Below the pieces are notes generated by a model. It searched no databases. It was not told where the DNA came from and saw only the letters and a program-made list of their open reading frames with translations. DNA of 64,000 nucleotides from an uncultured Clostridium sp. (lineage in GTDB: Bacteria > Bacillota > Clostridia > Lachnospirales > Lachnospiraceae): assembly GCA_947178445.1 (NCBI GenBank), contig CAMWYJ010000002.1, positions 96,479 to 160,478 of the forward strand, read 5' to 3'. A program made the position numbers and the translations under genes. Below are positions 27,267-36,010 of the stretch, piece by piece (position 1 is the first letter of the stretch; each line of letters opens with the position of its first letter).

Positions 27267-28118
27267 TTAATATTGTCTCCTATGTGTATAAATCGAAAAA
27301 CCTGCCGTAAGCATTACAATATATACCACCACACCAAATATAATATGCACTGCCGTTATCTGCATATCCGGCCAGCACCATGTAAGCGGGGACACGGCTG
27401 TCAATATCTCCGTCTGCGTACCAATCTGTGAAATCTTATCTACAATGGCACCCTCCCGTCCGGTCAGCACCAGCAGCGCCGAAAAAAAACGCAAAAATGC
27501 CGGAATTCGGGAAACTAATAGCGGAATAATAAGAATTGCTACTATCGTATCACCTGACATATCTTTTTTTCCTTTACAAGCTGCCGCAAACAAGGCAATT
27601 ACAAGATATAGCATGCAGACTAAAAACAAAATACCATAATATTTTAATGCATTCCATATTCCCTGTGTATAACGGAGTATTGCTGCAGATACAACATTTA
27701 CCACAGCAAGAGAAAGGCAGCAAAGTACCATTTCCCCCATCCACACAAACCATTTTGCTGCGAAAAGTTCTCTCCGGCTGACTCCTGCATTGTGTAGGTA
27801 AACTATGGTTTCCAGACGTTCCTCCTCCGATATCGCCTGTGCCTGTTCCTTCATTATATTATAAATCAGGTAAAAAGGGTATGCCAGCATAAAAAACTGC
27901 CATACATTCAGCCATAAATGGCTGGTCCAGCTCCTAAGACAGAGCAGGTCCTTTAACATATCCGGCCATTTCATATAGTTGTTATTAAAATTCGGAAATA
28001 TTCCATCAACAGCCATACAAACCGCAAACAGTATAACAGAAAAAATAATCGGCCAGACAATATATTTTAACATCCTCTTCTTTTTTCTTGTAATCTCAAA
28101 ATATACAACTATATTCAT
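27267..28118 (-). CDS. ABC-2-type permease-like membrane protein
   Basis: 6 TM with an EEERLETIVYL..VSRRELFAAKW block like the ABC-2 E-x-ERE-GT-LE / SR motif. ATG at 28118 overlaps the upstream stop (ATGA). Confidence 0.65.
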   Translation of the reverse strand: MNIVVYFEITRKKKRMLKYIVWPIIFSVILFAVCMAVDGIFPNFNNNYMKWPDMLKDLLCLRSWTSHLWLNVWQFFMLAYPFYLIYNIMKEQAQAISEEERLETIVYLHNAGVSRRELFAAKWFVWMGEMVLCCLSLAVVNVVSAAILRYTQGIWNALKYYGILFLVCMLYLVIALFAAACKGKKDMSGDTIVAILIIPLLVSRIPAFLRFFSALLVLTGREGAIVDKISQIGTQTEILTAVSPLTWCWPDMQITAVHIIFGVVVYIVMLTAGFSIYTHRRQY

Positions 28119-28993
28119 TGCAGCCACCTTTCGTAATTTTCAAACAGCTCTTCCTCCATTGTAAGCTCTTCCACGTTAAAATTCCTGCATCCAGACATAC
28201 CAATGCGTATACCTAATTCTTTCATATCAGATTCCCTGTAAAGAAAGCGGAAACACTCCTTATTCCGGCTAAGTATCTCCATTTTTTCCCGCATGAAAGA
28301 GGCAATACTGCCTCCCCATAATGTGACCACCTTAGCAGGCAACGGCAGCTGATCCCTATTATACTGCCCGGCAATTTTACCATTTTCCAAAAAAATATAT
28401 TCATGGCAAGGTATTACCACTTCTTTATAACTTTGTGCGGCAATAACAATGCCAGATCCCCTTGAATACAGATTAACGATTTCCTTCAAAATGCGTCTAT
28501 AATCCTCCCGCTCCAGCATATCATAAGGACGATCTAACAGCAATAATGCCGGCTGTGCCATAACTGCCTGTATAATGGATACAAGCCGGTTATCTCCAAA
28601 AGTCATCTCCAGAAGCTGTTCATTCGCATTTATTCCAAAAAGAGATAAAAGCTTTTCTGCTGTTGCCTCCATCTGTTCACTCCCATTTGCAATTCCATGA
28701 ATAAAATCCCATACTGTCAAATCCGGATAACAGATGATATCATCCGGAACATATTGAATTCTCTTTGGATATGCTGCCACTTCCTCTTTTTTCATCCCGG
28801 GATATGTAATCTGACCCTTATCTGGCTGATATAACCCTGCTATCAGCTTTAAGATTTCCCCGGCACTGTCATCCTCAGAAATAAGCGCAGTAATCTGTTC
28901 TTTCTTTATTTGCAGAGAAATATCATTTAACAGCACATTCTGTTGTCCCTTTACTGTTACCTGACTACATCTGCATAATACTTCTTTTGACAT
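28115..28993 (-). CDS. Degenerate ABC ATPase-like protein (catalytic motifs lost)
   Basis: ABC fold layout, but Walker A is replaced by ALISEDDSAGEILK, the signature by TFGDNR, and Walker B is LLLLDRP (Arg in place of the catalytic Glu). ATG at 28993 follows GGAGGAATCAG. Confidence 0.65.
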   Translation of the reverse strand: MSKEVLCRCSQVTVKGQQNVLLNDISLQIKKEQITALISEDDSAGEILKLIAGLYQPDKGQITYPGMKKEEVAAYPKRIQYVPDDIICYPDLTVWDFIHGIANGSEQMEATAEKLLSLFGINANEQLLEMTFGDNRLVSIIQAVMAQPALLLLDRPYDMLEREDYRRILKEIVNLYSRGSGIVIAAQSYKEVVIPCHEYIFLENGKIAGQYNRDQLPLPAKVVTLWGGSIASFMREKMEILSRNKECFRFLYRESDMKELGIRIGMSGCRNFNVEELTMEEELFENYERWLQ

Positions 28994-29085
28994 CTGATTC
29001 CTCCAAAAAAGCCCATTTAAAAACACTAATATATACAAAATATCATAGAAAGTTGGTTATCGCAATACATTTTATTATTAATGAA

Positions 29086-29138
29086 GCTCGCTGATGCTCG
29101 CGCAGGTCATCAACCTCCACTTCGCTTCGGTTGGTGAC
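29086..29138. repeat. GC-rich intergenic hairpin repeat (family copy B)
   Basis: GCTCGCTGATGCTCGCGCAGGTCATCAACC..CGGTTGGTGAC. The stem GTCATCAACC/GGTTGGTGAC is shared with copies at 4245-4282 and 9302-9415. Confidence 0.5.
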
Positions 29139-29164
29139 ATTTTATCATAAGCACTTTCTCATGC

Positions 29165-29192
29165 TTAAAAAAGGGCTGCATAACAGCCCTTT
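29165..29192 (-). terminator. Rho-independent terminator after the flagellin gene
   Basis: Minus strand GGGCTG-TTAT-GCAGCCC followed by TTTTTT. Confidence 0.8.
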
Positions 29193-29214
29193 TCCCACTT
29201 ACATTTCTTTTCCG

Positions 29215-29967
29215 TTAATTCACCTGAATAATCTTTCTTTTCTGTTCCTCTTCTTGCATTCGTTTCTTCTGCATCTTAAGCTGTACCTGTTCTAAAATCT
29301 GATTCTTATACAAGTCGCTCATTTCTTTTGCCATATCGGTATCCCGAAGAGAACTAAATGTAGACTCCAGATTATATGACGTGTTCTGATTATTCATAAC
29401 CGTGTATGCCAGACGGTTCGACTGTGCCCCGATAGAAGACTGTGCCGATGTAACTTTCTTAAGTGCATTATCAATATCCCGAATATCAAACTTCTTTGTC
29501 ACATCAAAATCCGCAATTCCAAGCTCTTCTAAGGTTACATTCACAAGCTCCATCTCATGTCCCACTCCAGATGGGTTCGTTGCTAACTCCATCGTTGCCA
29601 TACTGCCATCTAAGAGCTTTAATCCATTAAACTGGGTATCCCTTGCAATACTTGTGATTCCCTTCTTGATCTGGTCAATCTCTGCCTGCATCATGGAAAG
29701 TTCGTCTTTGGAGTAGATTGCCGAATTAGATGCCTGCAATCCCAATTCCCGGATTCTGCTTAGGGAATCATACATAGAAGACAATGCACCATCTGCTACA
29801 TTTAAAACGCTATTGCCCTTCTCTGCATTCTCAGTTCCGATGTCATAACCGTTCTTCTGGCTCTTAATCTTCTCTGAAATAGATAATCCAGCCGCATCAT
29901 CCGCTGCACTGTTAATCTTATAACCACTGGATAAATTGTGGTAATTCTTATCAATACTAAGCGACAT
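29215..29967 (-). CDS. Flagellin-family protein, short and atypical (truncated N-terminal D0, divergent C-terminus)
   Basis: LSSGYKINSAADDAAGLSISEKIK and ..SIGAQSNRLAYT..LRDTDMAKEMSDLYKNQIL are flagellin N and C signatures. ATG at 29967 follows GAAGGAGG. In-frame stops prevent any N-terminal extension. Confidence 0.8.
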   Translation of the reverse strand: MSLSIDKNYHNLSSGYKINSAADDAAGLSISEKIKSQKNGYDIGTENAEKGNSVLNVADGALSSMYDSLSRIRELGLQASNSAIYSKDELSMMQAEIDQIKKGITSIARDTQFNGLKLLDGSMATMELATNPSGVGHEMELVNVTLEELGIADFDVTKKFDIRDIDNALKKVTSAQSSIGAQSNRLAYTVMNNQNTSYNLESTFSSLRDTDMAKEMSDLYKNQILEQVQLKMQKKRMQEEEQKRKIIQVN

Positions 29968-30152
29968 AGCTACACCTCCTTCTATGATTTGCCAAAACAT
30001 TTATTAAAGATATTTTAACATATCTTAAATCAATCATCAATCGAAAAATTCGGGAAAACAATTTATAATGCTTCTATTACAATCATATGCTGCAGCAGGT
30101 TGCTACTCTACCGCCAAAAAGAAAATCTTGAGGGAGTCGTCTGTTTTATACT

Positions 30153-30716
30153 TTAAATCCCCGTTAGATAATAAAACCCATTACGCATCTTTATATTGTC
30201 GTTTTGTTCAATTCTTTTTTCGGTAAGAATTTCCAATCTTTCCCACATTTCCTCCTGAAACAAACCAATACGCTGCTTTATAAATTCTTCATCATCAGAA
30301 AGAAACAACTGAACCATTGGGATAAAATCTACCCATCTATTCAAATACTTCTCACCTACAATAATATCAGCGGCTATTTGAGAGCCCCTGAAATAAACAT
30401 TTGATGTAACCAGCCTCATTCCTTTTTTAAGAGTATACATGTTTTGCATTTCATATGGAAATCTGAGAAGCAGTACTGCATCCATCTCATCTGAATATGC
30501 TGATATGATAAGAGGATTCAAAGAAGTTACAACTGCAGGCTGCGTATCGCCATGTGCTAAATATTGATTAATACGCTCAAACTGTCTGTTATAGTGTCCT
30601 TTCTTTAAAAATGGCACCTTCAATACATCGTCACGGAGCTTTTTAAATTTTCTTTTTGACAGGTGCACCTCTCCTGCATTTTGTGCAGAAGTTGTTGGAT
30701 CCATATAATTTTTCAT
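30153..30716 (-). CDS. Hypothetical protein
   Basis: 187-aa ORF with an AGGAGGGAAAC-type SD upstream of 30716. No motif recognised. Confidence 0.55.
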   Translation of the reverse strand: MKNYMDPTTSAQNAGEVHLSKRKFKKLRDDVLKVPFLKKGHYNRQFERINQYLAHGDTQPAVVTSLNPLIISAYSDEMDAVLLLRFPYEMQNMYTLKKGMRLVTSNVYFRGSQIAADIIVGEKYLNRWVDFIPMVQLFLSDDEEFIKQRIGLFQEEMWERLEILTEKRIEQNDNIKMRNGFYYLTGI

Positions 30717-30943
30717 AGTTTCCCTCCTTAAATTTATTGTTTATTATCAAAATCTTCAGCAATTTATTATTCGGTTCAATATGATTATTAATATATTTTT
30801 ATCATACCACAAAATGACCTTTTTCGCCTTACTCTTTTATTCCCTTAATTCTGATTTAAAATGAATATATTTGATATACTATATTAAGAAAACATTCCCA
30901 CAAAGTTTTCTTTAATTAAAATAATAAGAAAAGGAGATTGATT

Positions 30944-31483
30944 ATGAGAAAATCTAAACTATTCGCTCTATCTCTCACTATGCTATCTATATTTATGCTT
31001 ACAGGATGTGACGATGACAACAACAAGGATGCTAATTATCGTAAATTGGAAAGCAGAGTTGCACAGCTTGAACAAGATGTTGCCACACCGAAAAACACAG
31101 GAACAGATAATTCAACCAGCAACTTAGATGCGGAGTCCACTGACAACTCTGCCAACTCACCCAATACCATTTCTAATGAAGCTTTTTCCGACACGATTGA
31201 ATCTCTTACCAATGCTGTAGAGGAAGTAACAGCAAAAGCAGATTCTGCCACCCCTTCCGGAAATAAAGAGGAAAGCAAAACTCAGTTTTTTAACCTTAAA
31301 GATGAACTGGATCTCATTGAACGACGATTAGACACTTACGATGATTATATCGAAGCCCAATACAAACAGGGTAATCTTTCCTATGAAGATTATCGAAATC
31401 AGGAACATGCACTGGAAGATATAGAGGATAAATTGGATGCCTCCGAGGATCGTTTAGAACGAACCTTTGGAATTAATGATTAG
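30944..31483 (+). CDS. Lipoprotein with a coiled-coil/acidic C-terminal region
   Basis: MRKSKLFALSLTMLSIFMLTGC lipobox. ATG at 30944 follows AAAGGAGA. Confidence 0.65.
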   Translation: MRKSKLFALSLTMLSIFMLTGCDDDNNKDANYRKLESRVAQLEQDVATPKNTGTDNSTSNLDAESTDNSANSPNTISNEAFSDTIESLTNAVEEVTAKADSATPSGNKEESKTQFFNLKDELDLIERRLDTYDDYIEAQYKQGNLSYEDYRNQEHALEDIEDKLDASEDRLERTFGIND

Positions 31484-31510
31484 TTAAAACAAGGGGGACT
31501 AATTTTCTCC

Positions 31511-32059
31511 TTACTCCACAATGCGAGGTTGTCCAAACAAGCCTTTATATTCTACTTTCGTAAAATACTTCAATTCATATTGGGTTTCACCTCGTTTCAT
31601 AGCTTCATTAATCTCTGCGATTTCTTTCTGAATTTCATCTGCTGTTTTATACCAGCCTAAAATAATGTTGCGCTCTCCCCAGAAAGTAACCCCTTCAACA
31701 CCTAACAGCACATACGCAGGAGCTTTACCGTTACCAAAAACCTTTGATGATTTTACTGCCTGGCAAGCCACAATATGATTCTTATCAAAAGAAACAATTG
31801 TAATTTTTTCTGACGGTGCATAAACAACCGTTCTGTCCTGCCCTTCTATATTTCCAATATTGGATTGCTCCTTTACAAGATAGTCGATAGATACATTCAG
31901 TTTTTCAGAAAGCAAAATCAGTTTTTCAGTCTCAGGATACCCAGACTCTGACTCCCATTTTGAGATAGCCTGTCTTGATACATCCAACATCTCAGCTAAC
32001 TGCTCCTGCGTTATTCCTCTCTCTTTCCTAATAAGTCTTAAATTTTCTCCAAATGACAT
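31511..32059 (-). CDS. XRE-family HTH regulator with an uncharacterised C-terminal domain
   Basis: MSFGENLRLIRKERGITQEQLAEMLDVSRQAISKWESESGYPETEKLILLSEKLNVSIDYL is a canonical HTH_3. Confidence 0.8.
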   Translation of the reverse strand: MSFGENLRLIRKERGITQEQLAEMLDVSRQAISKWESESGYPETEKLILLSEKLNVSIDYLVKEQSNIGNIEGQDRTVVYAPSEKITIVSFDKNHIVACQAVKSSKVFGNGKAPAYVLLGVEGVTFWGERNIILGWYKTADEIQKEIAEINEAMKRGETQYELKYFTKVEYKGLFGQPRIVE

Positions 32060-32396
32060 GATTATACCTTCTCTCTTATTTTTTATAAGAAAATCTTACT
32101 TATTTTTTCTCATTTCAACCACCAACCTGCAGTTGCGTTTACGTAACGTGAAGTTGCAATTTTTATTTTTACTAGTTATCTCTTTTTGTTGATTCTATAT
32201 CAACTCAGTAACAGCATGTGCACCGACAACTAGCTTCGTCTCCGCAAAAACCAAACTTCAAAATTCTCATAATAATCATAGCACTTCCAGCAAAACTACT
32301 CAATAAAACAAGTTATGAAGTAATATAACTTGGCAAAAAGAATATTCTGCTCTGGTATACGTATATACGTTACTAATTGGTACAAACGTTTTTCTG

Positions 32397-32738
32397 GTGG
32401 ATTTTATTGATTTATCATTACAAATTGATTATAACGAAGAATTTCAGGAACTGATGGACTTTTTTAACGGAATGACACCGAGGGGAGCTTTCACCAATGC
32501 ATTACAGAAGGAGGTTTCCAGAGTGAAGGCGAGTCAGGAATGGAGGCGGGAATATATGACACCTAATGAATTGCTGTCAGATACTTCTGATTATCAGGAT
32601 AAATGGGATGTGGATTATATGTTGGTGGACGATACGTCCGAAGATTACATTCTCCTGCAGCAATATCACACATTAGCTGTTGCAAAGAGAGCCAGACTGA
32701 TGGGATATTTGCAGGCATTGTGTCAGCCAGAAAAGTGA
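32397..32738 (+). pseudogene. Possible C-terminal remnant of an Rpn/PD-(D/E)XK putative transposase family gene
   Basis: GTG-initiated ORF without a convincing SD. EEFQELMDFFNG..VSRVKASQEWRREYMT resembles the conserved C-terminal WRxEYMT region of that family, from memory. The N-terminal nuclease part is absent. Confidence 0.35.
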
Positions 32739-32755
32739 AAGTTCGACGCATTATA

Positions 32756-33388
32756 CTAGCTGTAACTCGTTCTATTATACCTCTCATACTGCTTTACAGC
32801 ACCTATATGTGGAGTATTATGATGATTCTCTTCGACTAAAACCATCCCACACTCATTACTTCCATGATCAATACCCGAATTCGGTATATGATGCCACACA
32901 TATCCAGACGTTTCCTCTGCTTTAATCGGTCTACCCTCAACCCTCAATTGCCGATATGCTTCTCTTTTATCTCCTTCTCTGCTACCTGTCATTGTAATCC
33001 AAACTTTTGACCTATCTATATACCCTCCATAACAAACAGCATCTGTAATCTGAAGAATAAGATTTTCCGGAATTTGCTCACTTGAATTCTTCCAATAATT
33101 GTGAATAAACGCTTCTGTGTCCTCCGCATCTTTAATCAATTCTTCCTGCATTTTAGCCCAATTTGGTATAAATTCATCATCACTCTTTTGTATCACCTTA
33201 GATATCCGCACATCCTGCATTTGTTGACACTGCAAAACCAATCTGTCACTTTGATTATAAATAACTCTTATATCCTTTGGAAAAATTCTATTCGATACAG
33301 AACCTTTCTCTCTCGCTTGATTATTTCTAAATATAGTTCCTTCATCTACAAGACCATAAACATTTTCTTTTTCCCTGCTTATATACAT
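32756..33388 (-). CDS. Protein with a C-terminal WHH-type HNH/EndoVII nuclease toxin domain
   Basis: GYVWHHIPNSG..CGMVLVEENHHNTPHIGA matches the W-H-H .. LV .. H .. H-x-G pattern of WHH polymorphic-toxin nuclease domains. No recognisable secretion or trafficking domain. Confidence 0.55.
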   Translation of the reverse strand: MYISREKENVYGLVDEGTIFRNNQAREKGSVSNRIFPKDIRVIYNQSDRLVLQCQQMQDVRISKVIQKSDDEFIPNWAKMQEELIKDAEDTEAFIHNYWKNSSEQIPENLILQITDAVCYGGYIDRSKVWITMTGSREGDKREAYRQLRVEGRPIKAEETSGYVWHHIPNSGIDHGSNECGMVLVEENHHNTPHIGAVKQYERYNRTSYS

Positions 33389-33627
33389 TCTATTCCTCCT
33401 GTAATAATTTGCAAAAACCCTTCATTGCCTATCTTTAAAAGTCCATCCGTTATTCCTAATAAAACCAAATCCTCTTAAGAGATTGTTTTGACTGGTTGCC
33501 TGCGTCACCAGATTAACTGCATATCCATCATCTTTTTCCTCAACCATACACCCACATGATTTTTATAACCGCTAAATCAACTATAACTCTGCTAATTAGA
33601 AAATTCACACGATTCCTTCGACAAATA

Positions 33628-33657
33628 TTGACACTTTTTTACAAATTATGGTAGAAT
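33628..33657 (+). promoter_or_regulatory. Sigma-A-type promoter with an extended -10
   Basis: TTGACA (33628-33633), 18-nt spacer ending in TGg, then TAGAAT (33652-33657). It lies about 115 nt upstream of the 33772 start. Confidence 0.55.
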
Positions 33658-33771
33658 ATCCGCACAACAGGGAAATTTTTCTGTTGCAGGGCTAAACTTT
33701 CATTCAAGTCAGTCCGATACAAAATATAAGGCATGGTATGTCTGAGTAATGACGAGGAGGATGAGGAGTTC

Positions 33772-34323
33772 ATGTCAAACGAATCAAGTCAGGAACGAAT
33801 CTCTCAAAAATTGTCTCAAGGCACAGAGAATAAGCCAAAAAACAATGTTCTTGTCATTGTGGTATGTTTTATCGTTGCCGCCATCGTAGTTACTGCTCTT
33901 GTATTAATTTTAACGAGACAGTCTGCTGATGCCGAGAAGCGTAACGTAGTTGTAACCCCTGATAATGTGGAAGAGGTTCTTTCCGATATGCAGAATCAAC
34001 AGGTTCAAGCAGGTACATATGAGGTTACAATGAATACAACATGGAATTTCGACAAAGGGGATTCTGCTTCCAGTAATGCCTATGTTGAAAATTCTACCGC
34101 AAATGCTAACAATGTGTATTTTGACATTGTCCGCTCTGACACAGAAGAGACAATTTACAAATCGCCTATCATACCATTAGGCAGCCATTTGGAAAATATT
34201 ACTTTGGATACCCCGTTGGACAAGGGGACTTACGATTGTGTACTGACCTATCATCTATTAGATGATAACGAGGAACCGATTAGTATGCTGAATATTAATC
34301 TATCCATTGTAATAGAGAATTAG
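33772..34323 (+). CDS. Membrane-anchored extracytoplasmic protein, unknown function
   Basis: ATG at 33772 (MSNESSQ) follows GAGGAG. Single TM (VLVIVVCFIVAAIVVTALVLIL) followed by a beta-rich domain. Confidence 0.6.
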   Translation: MSNESSQERISQKLSQGTENKPKNNVLVIVVCFIVAAIVVTALVLILTRQSADAEKRNVVVTPDNVEEVLSDMQNQQVQAGTYEVTMNTTWNFDKGDSASSNAYVENSTANANNVYFDIVRSDTEETIYKSPIIPLGSHLENITLDTPLDKGTYDCVLTYHLLDDNEEPISMLNINLSIVIEN

Positions 34324-34403
34324 GTGGCAGTAGGTACATTGTACCTGCAATATAACCACAAACGAAGACGTTTGTAAATTTAATGTTCAAGGAGGAATGT
34401 TTT

Positions 34404-35726
34404 ATGAAGAAATTTGGAAAGAGACTCATGGCTTTGACCATGGTGGGTGTATTAATGTGTGCACCTTTAACTGCATTTGCTACCGAAGTAGATGAGGAAT
34501 CCTCAGCACAGGGTAACATTACTGGTTCTGGTGACGTAGAAGGCATTGTGAACAAAGATGTATTTAAAGTTGTACTCCCTACCGTTGCTGCAGGTGATAC
34601 TACTTTTAATTTCATCTTAGACCCACAGGGATTAATTAAGGACACTGACGGATCAAAATACACTAATGCTACCTTTGATGCTGCTGCAAAAGGACTCTAT
34701 TTTGCAAATCCACAGGATGGCGGAAGCACCAAGTATATGGCTTCTAGTCCTGCACTTACCGCTACTAACAAAGGTACGGTTGACGTTGATGTTACTTTAA
34801 CTGCAACTGCTGATGCTGATTCTTTGAAGGATGCTGATAAGGGATATACAATCGGACTTGCTGCAGATGATACCTTTGCCAACGATAAGACTACTAGTGT
34901 ATATCTTGCTTTAGTTAGCGGAGATCAGACAGCCGCTTTGACCGCTGATGGTGCAACCATTACCGACACTTTAGCTGCTGCACCAAGCGATGCTTATGAA
35001 GTAACATATAATTCTACTAGCAGTAAGTACGAGTATGGTTTAACCGCTGCTGCTCAGGCTGCTGATTATACTGGATTTAAATCTTTAGACTTTAACTTAA
35101 CCGGTGCATGTAATACTGATGCAGATTGGGCTGTTGCAGAGGATGCTGCACCAAGCGTAAATGTTGCTTGGACATTGGAGAAGCATATTGATGAATTAAC
35201 TTATGATAAAATGAAAGGTGATACTTCTGCAATCACTGTTACAACATATGATGCTGTAAAATCTGCTAAGTTAGTTAAGTTCAATGGTGCTGCTAACACA
35301 AATCCATTAACTATAGGTACAAATTGTTCTGTATCTGGCACCTCGTTTACTTTACTTGCTGCATGGACTACTAAAATTACGGCTGAAACTGTTATCACAT
35401 TAACATTTGAAAATGGTCGGACCCAGACTCTTACGATTAATGTTATTGACCCTACAGCCACCCCTCTGCCATTGACTTATAATAGAAAAAGCGGTGATAC
35501 TTCTGCAATTTCTGTTACAACTTTTGCCGAGGTAAAATCTGCTAAGTTAGTTAAGTACAATGGTGCCGCTAACGCAAATCCATTAACTATAGGTACAAAT
35601 TGTTCTGTATCTGGCAAGACCTTTACTTTACTTGCTTCATGGGCTTCTAAGATTACAGCTGAAACTGTTATCACATTAACATTCGAAGATGGTCGGACTC
35701 AGACTCTTACTGTTAATGTACAATAA
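34404..35726 (+). CDS. Secreted Thr/Ala-rich surface protein with two tandem about 90-aa C-terminal repeats
   Basis: ATG at 34404 follows AAGGAGGAA. Signal peptide MKKFGKRLMALTMVGVLMCAPLTAFA. A WxL-like NVAWTLE motif precedes the repeats. Confidence 0.7.
   Translation: MKKFGKRLMALTMVGVLMCAPLTAFATEVDEESSAQGNITGSGDVEGIVNKDVFKVVLPTVAAGDTTFNFILDPQGLIKDTDGSKYTNATFDAAAKGLYFANPQDGGSTKYMASSPALTATNKGTVDVDVTLTATADADSLKDADKGYTIGLAADDTFANDKTTSVYLALVSGDQTAALTADGATITDTLAAAPSDAYEVTYNSTSSKYEYGLTAAAQAADYTGFKSLDFNLTGACNTDADWAVAEDAAPSVNVAWTLEKHIDELTYDKMKGDTSAITVTTYDAVKSAKLVKFNGAANTNPLTIGTNCSVSGTSFTLLAAWTTKITAETVITLTFENGRTQTLTINVIDPTATPLPLTYNRKSGDTSAISVTTFAEVKSAKLVKYNGAANANPLTIGTNCSVSGKTFTLLASWASKITAETVITLTFEDGRTQTLTVNVQ
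35196..35723 (+). repeat. In-frame tandem duplication (276-nt period, two units, high nucleotide identity by eye)
   Basis: Unit 1 starts at 35196 (LTYDKMKGDTSAITV..) and unit 2 at 35472 (LTYNRKSGDTSAISV..). Long identical runs include AAATCTGCTAAGTTAGTTAAGT and ATAGGTACAAATTGTTCTGTATCTGGCA. Confidence 0.85.
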
Positions 35727-35778
35727 TTTTATAAAATAGAACAAGTAACGAAATATATTTAACTTGTTTTCTCATTCT

Positions 35779-35819
35779 AACCGTACATCAGCGTATTTAT
35801 AGCCTGATGTACGGTTTTT
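35779..35819 (+). terminator. Rho-independent terminator
   Basis: AACCGTACATCAG-12 nt-CTGATGTACGGTT followed by TTTTT. Confidence 0.8.
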
Positions 35820-35963
35820 AACTGTAAACATTCTACAACTGTAAAGCGTTTCTACAAACAAAGGATTATGATATTTCAGAGATCTGTCGGAGCAGATGAT
35901 TATCTTTCTTTACCACAGTAGGATGCCGTAAATACTAGATATCGTTAAAGTACCGCATCTTAT

Positions 35964-36010
35964 CACAAAAATAAAGTGCATAAGTTGGTTACCAGTAACT
36001 TACACACTTT
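35964..36010 (-). terminator. Terminator at the distal end of the glycan island
   Basis: AAAGTG.ATAAGTT..AACTTA..CACTTT imperfect hairpin, followed on the minus strand by ATTTTTGTG. Confidence 0.5.

Noticed and set aside
30038-30068. Sigma-28 (FliA/SigD) promoter upstream of the flagellin gene
   Set aside because: Only a partial match (TAAA-N16-TTCGATTG versus TAAA-N15-GCCGATAA) exists. That is too weak to annotate without TSS data.
32563-32787. 74-aa minus-strand ORF as the immunity gene of the WHH toxin
   Set aside because: It has a weak, distant SD, overlaps the toxin 3' end by 32 nt, is antisense to another ORF and does not look protein-like. It is kept only as something to test experimentally.
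34295-35674. Minus-strand ORFs (34295-34663, 34697-34882, 35201-35461, 35477-35674) inside the secreted repeat protein gene
   Set aside because: These are shadow ORFs of a GC-skewed Thr/Ala-rich gene. The two at 35201 and 35477 merely mirror the tandem duplication.
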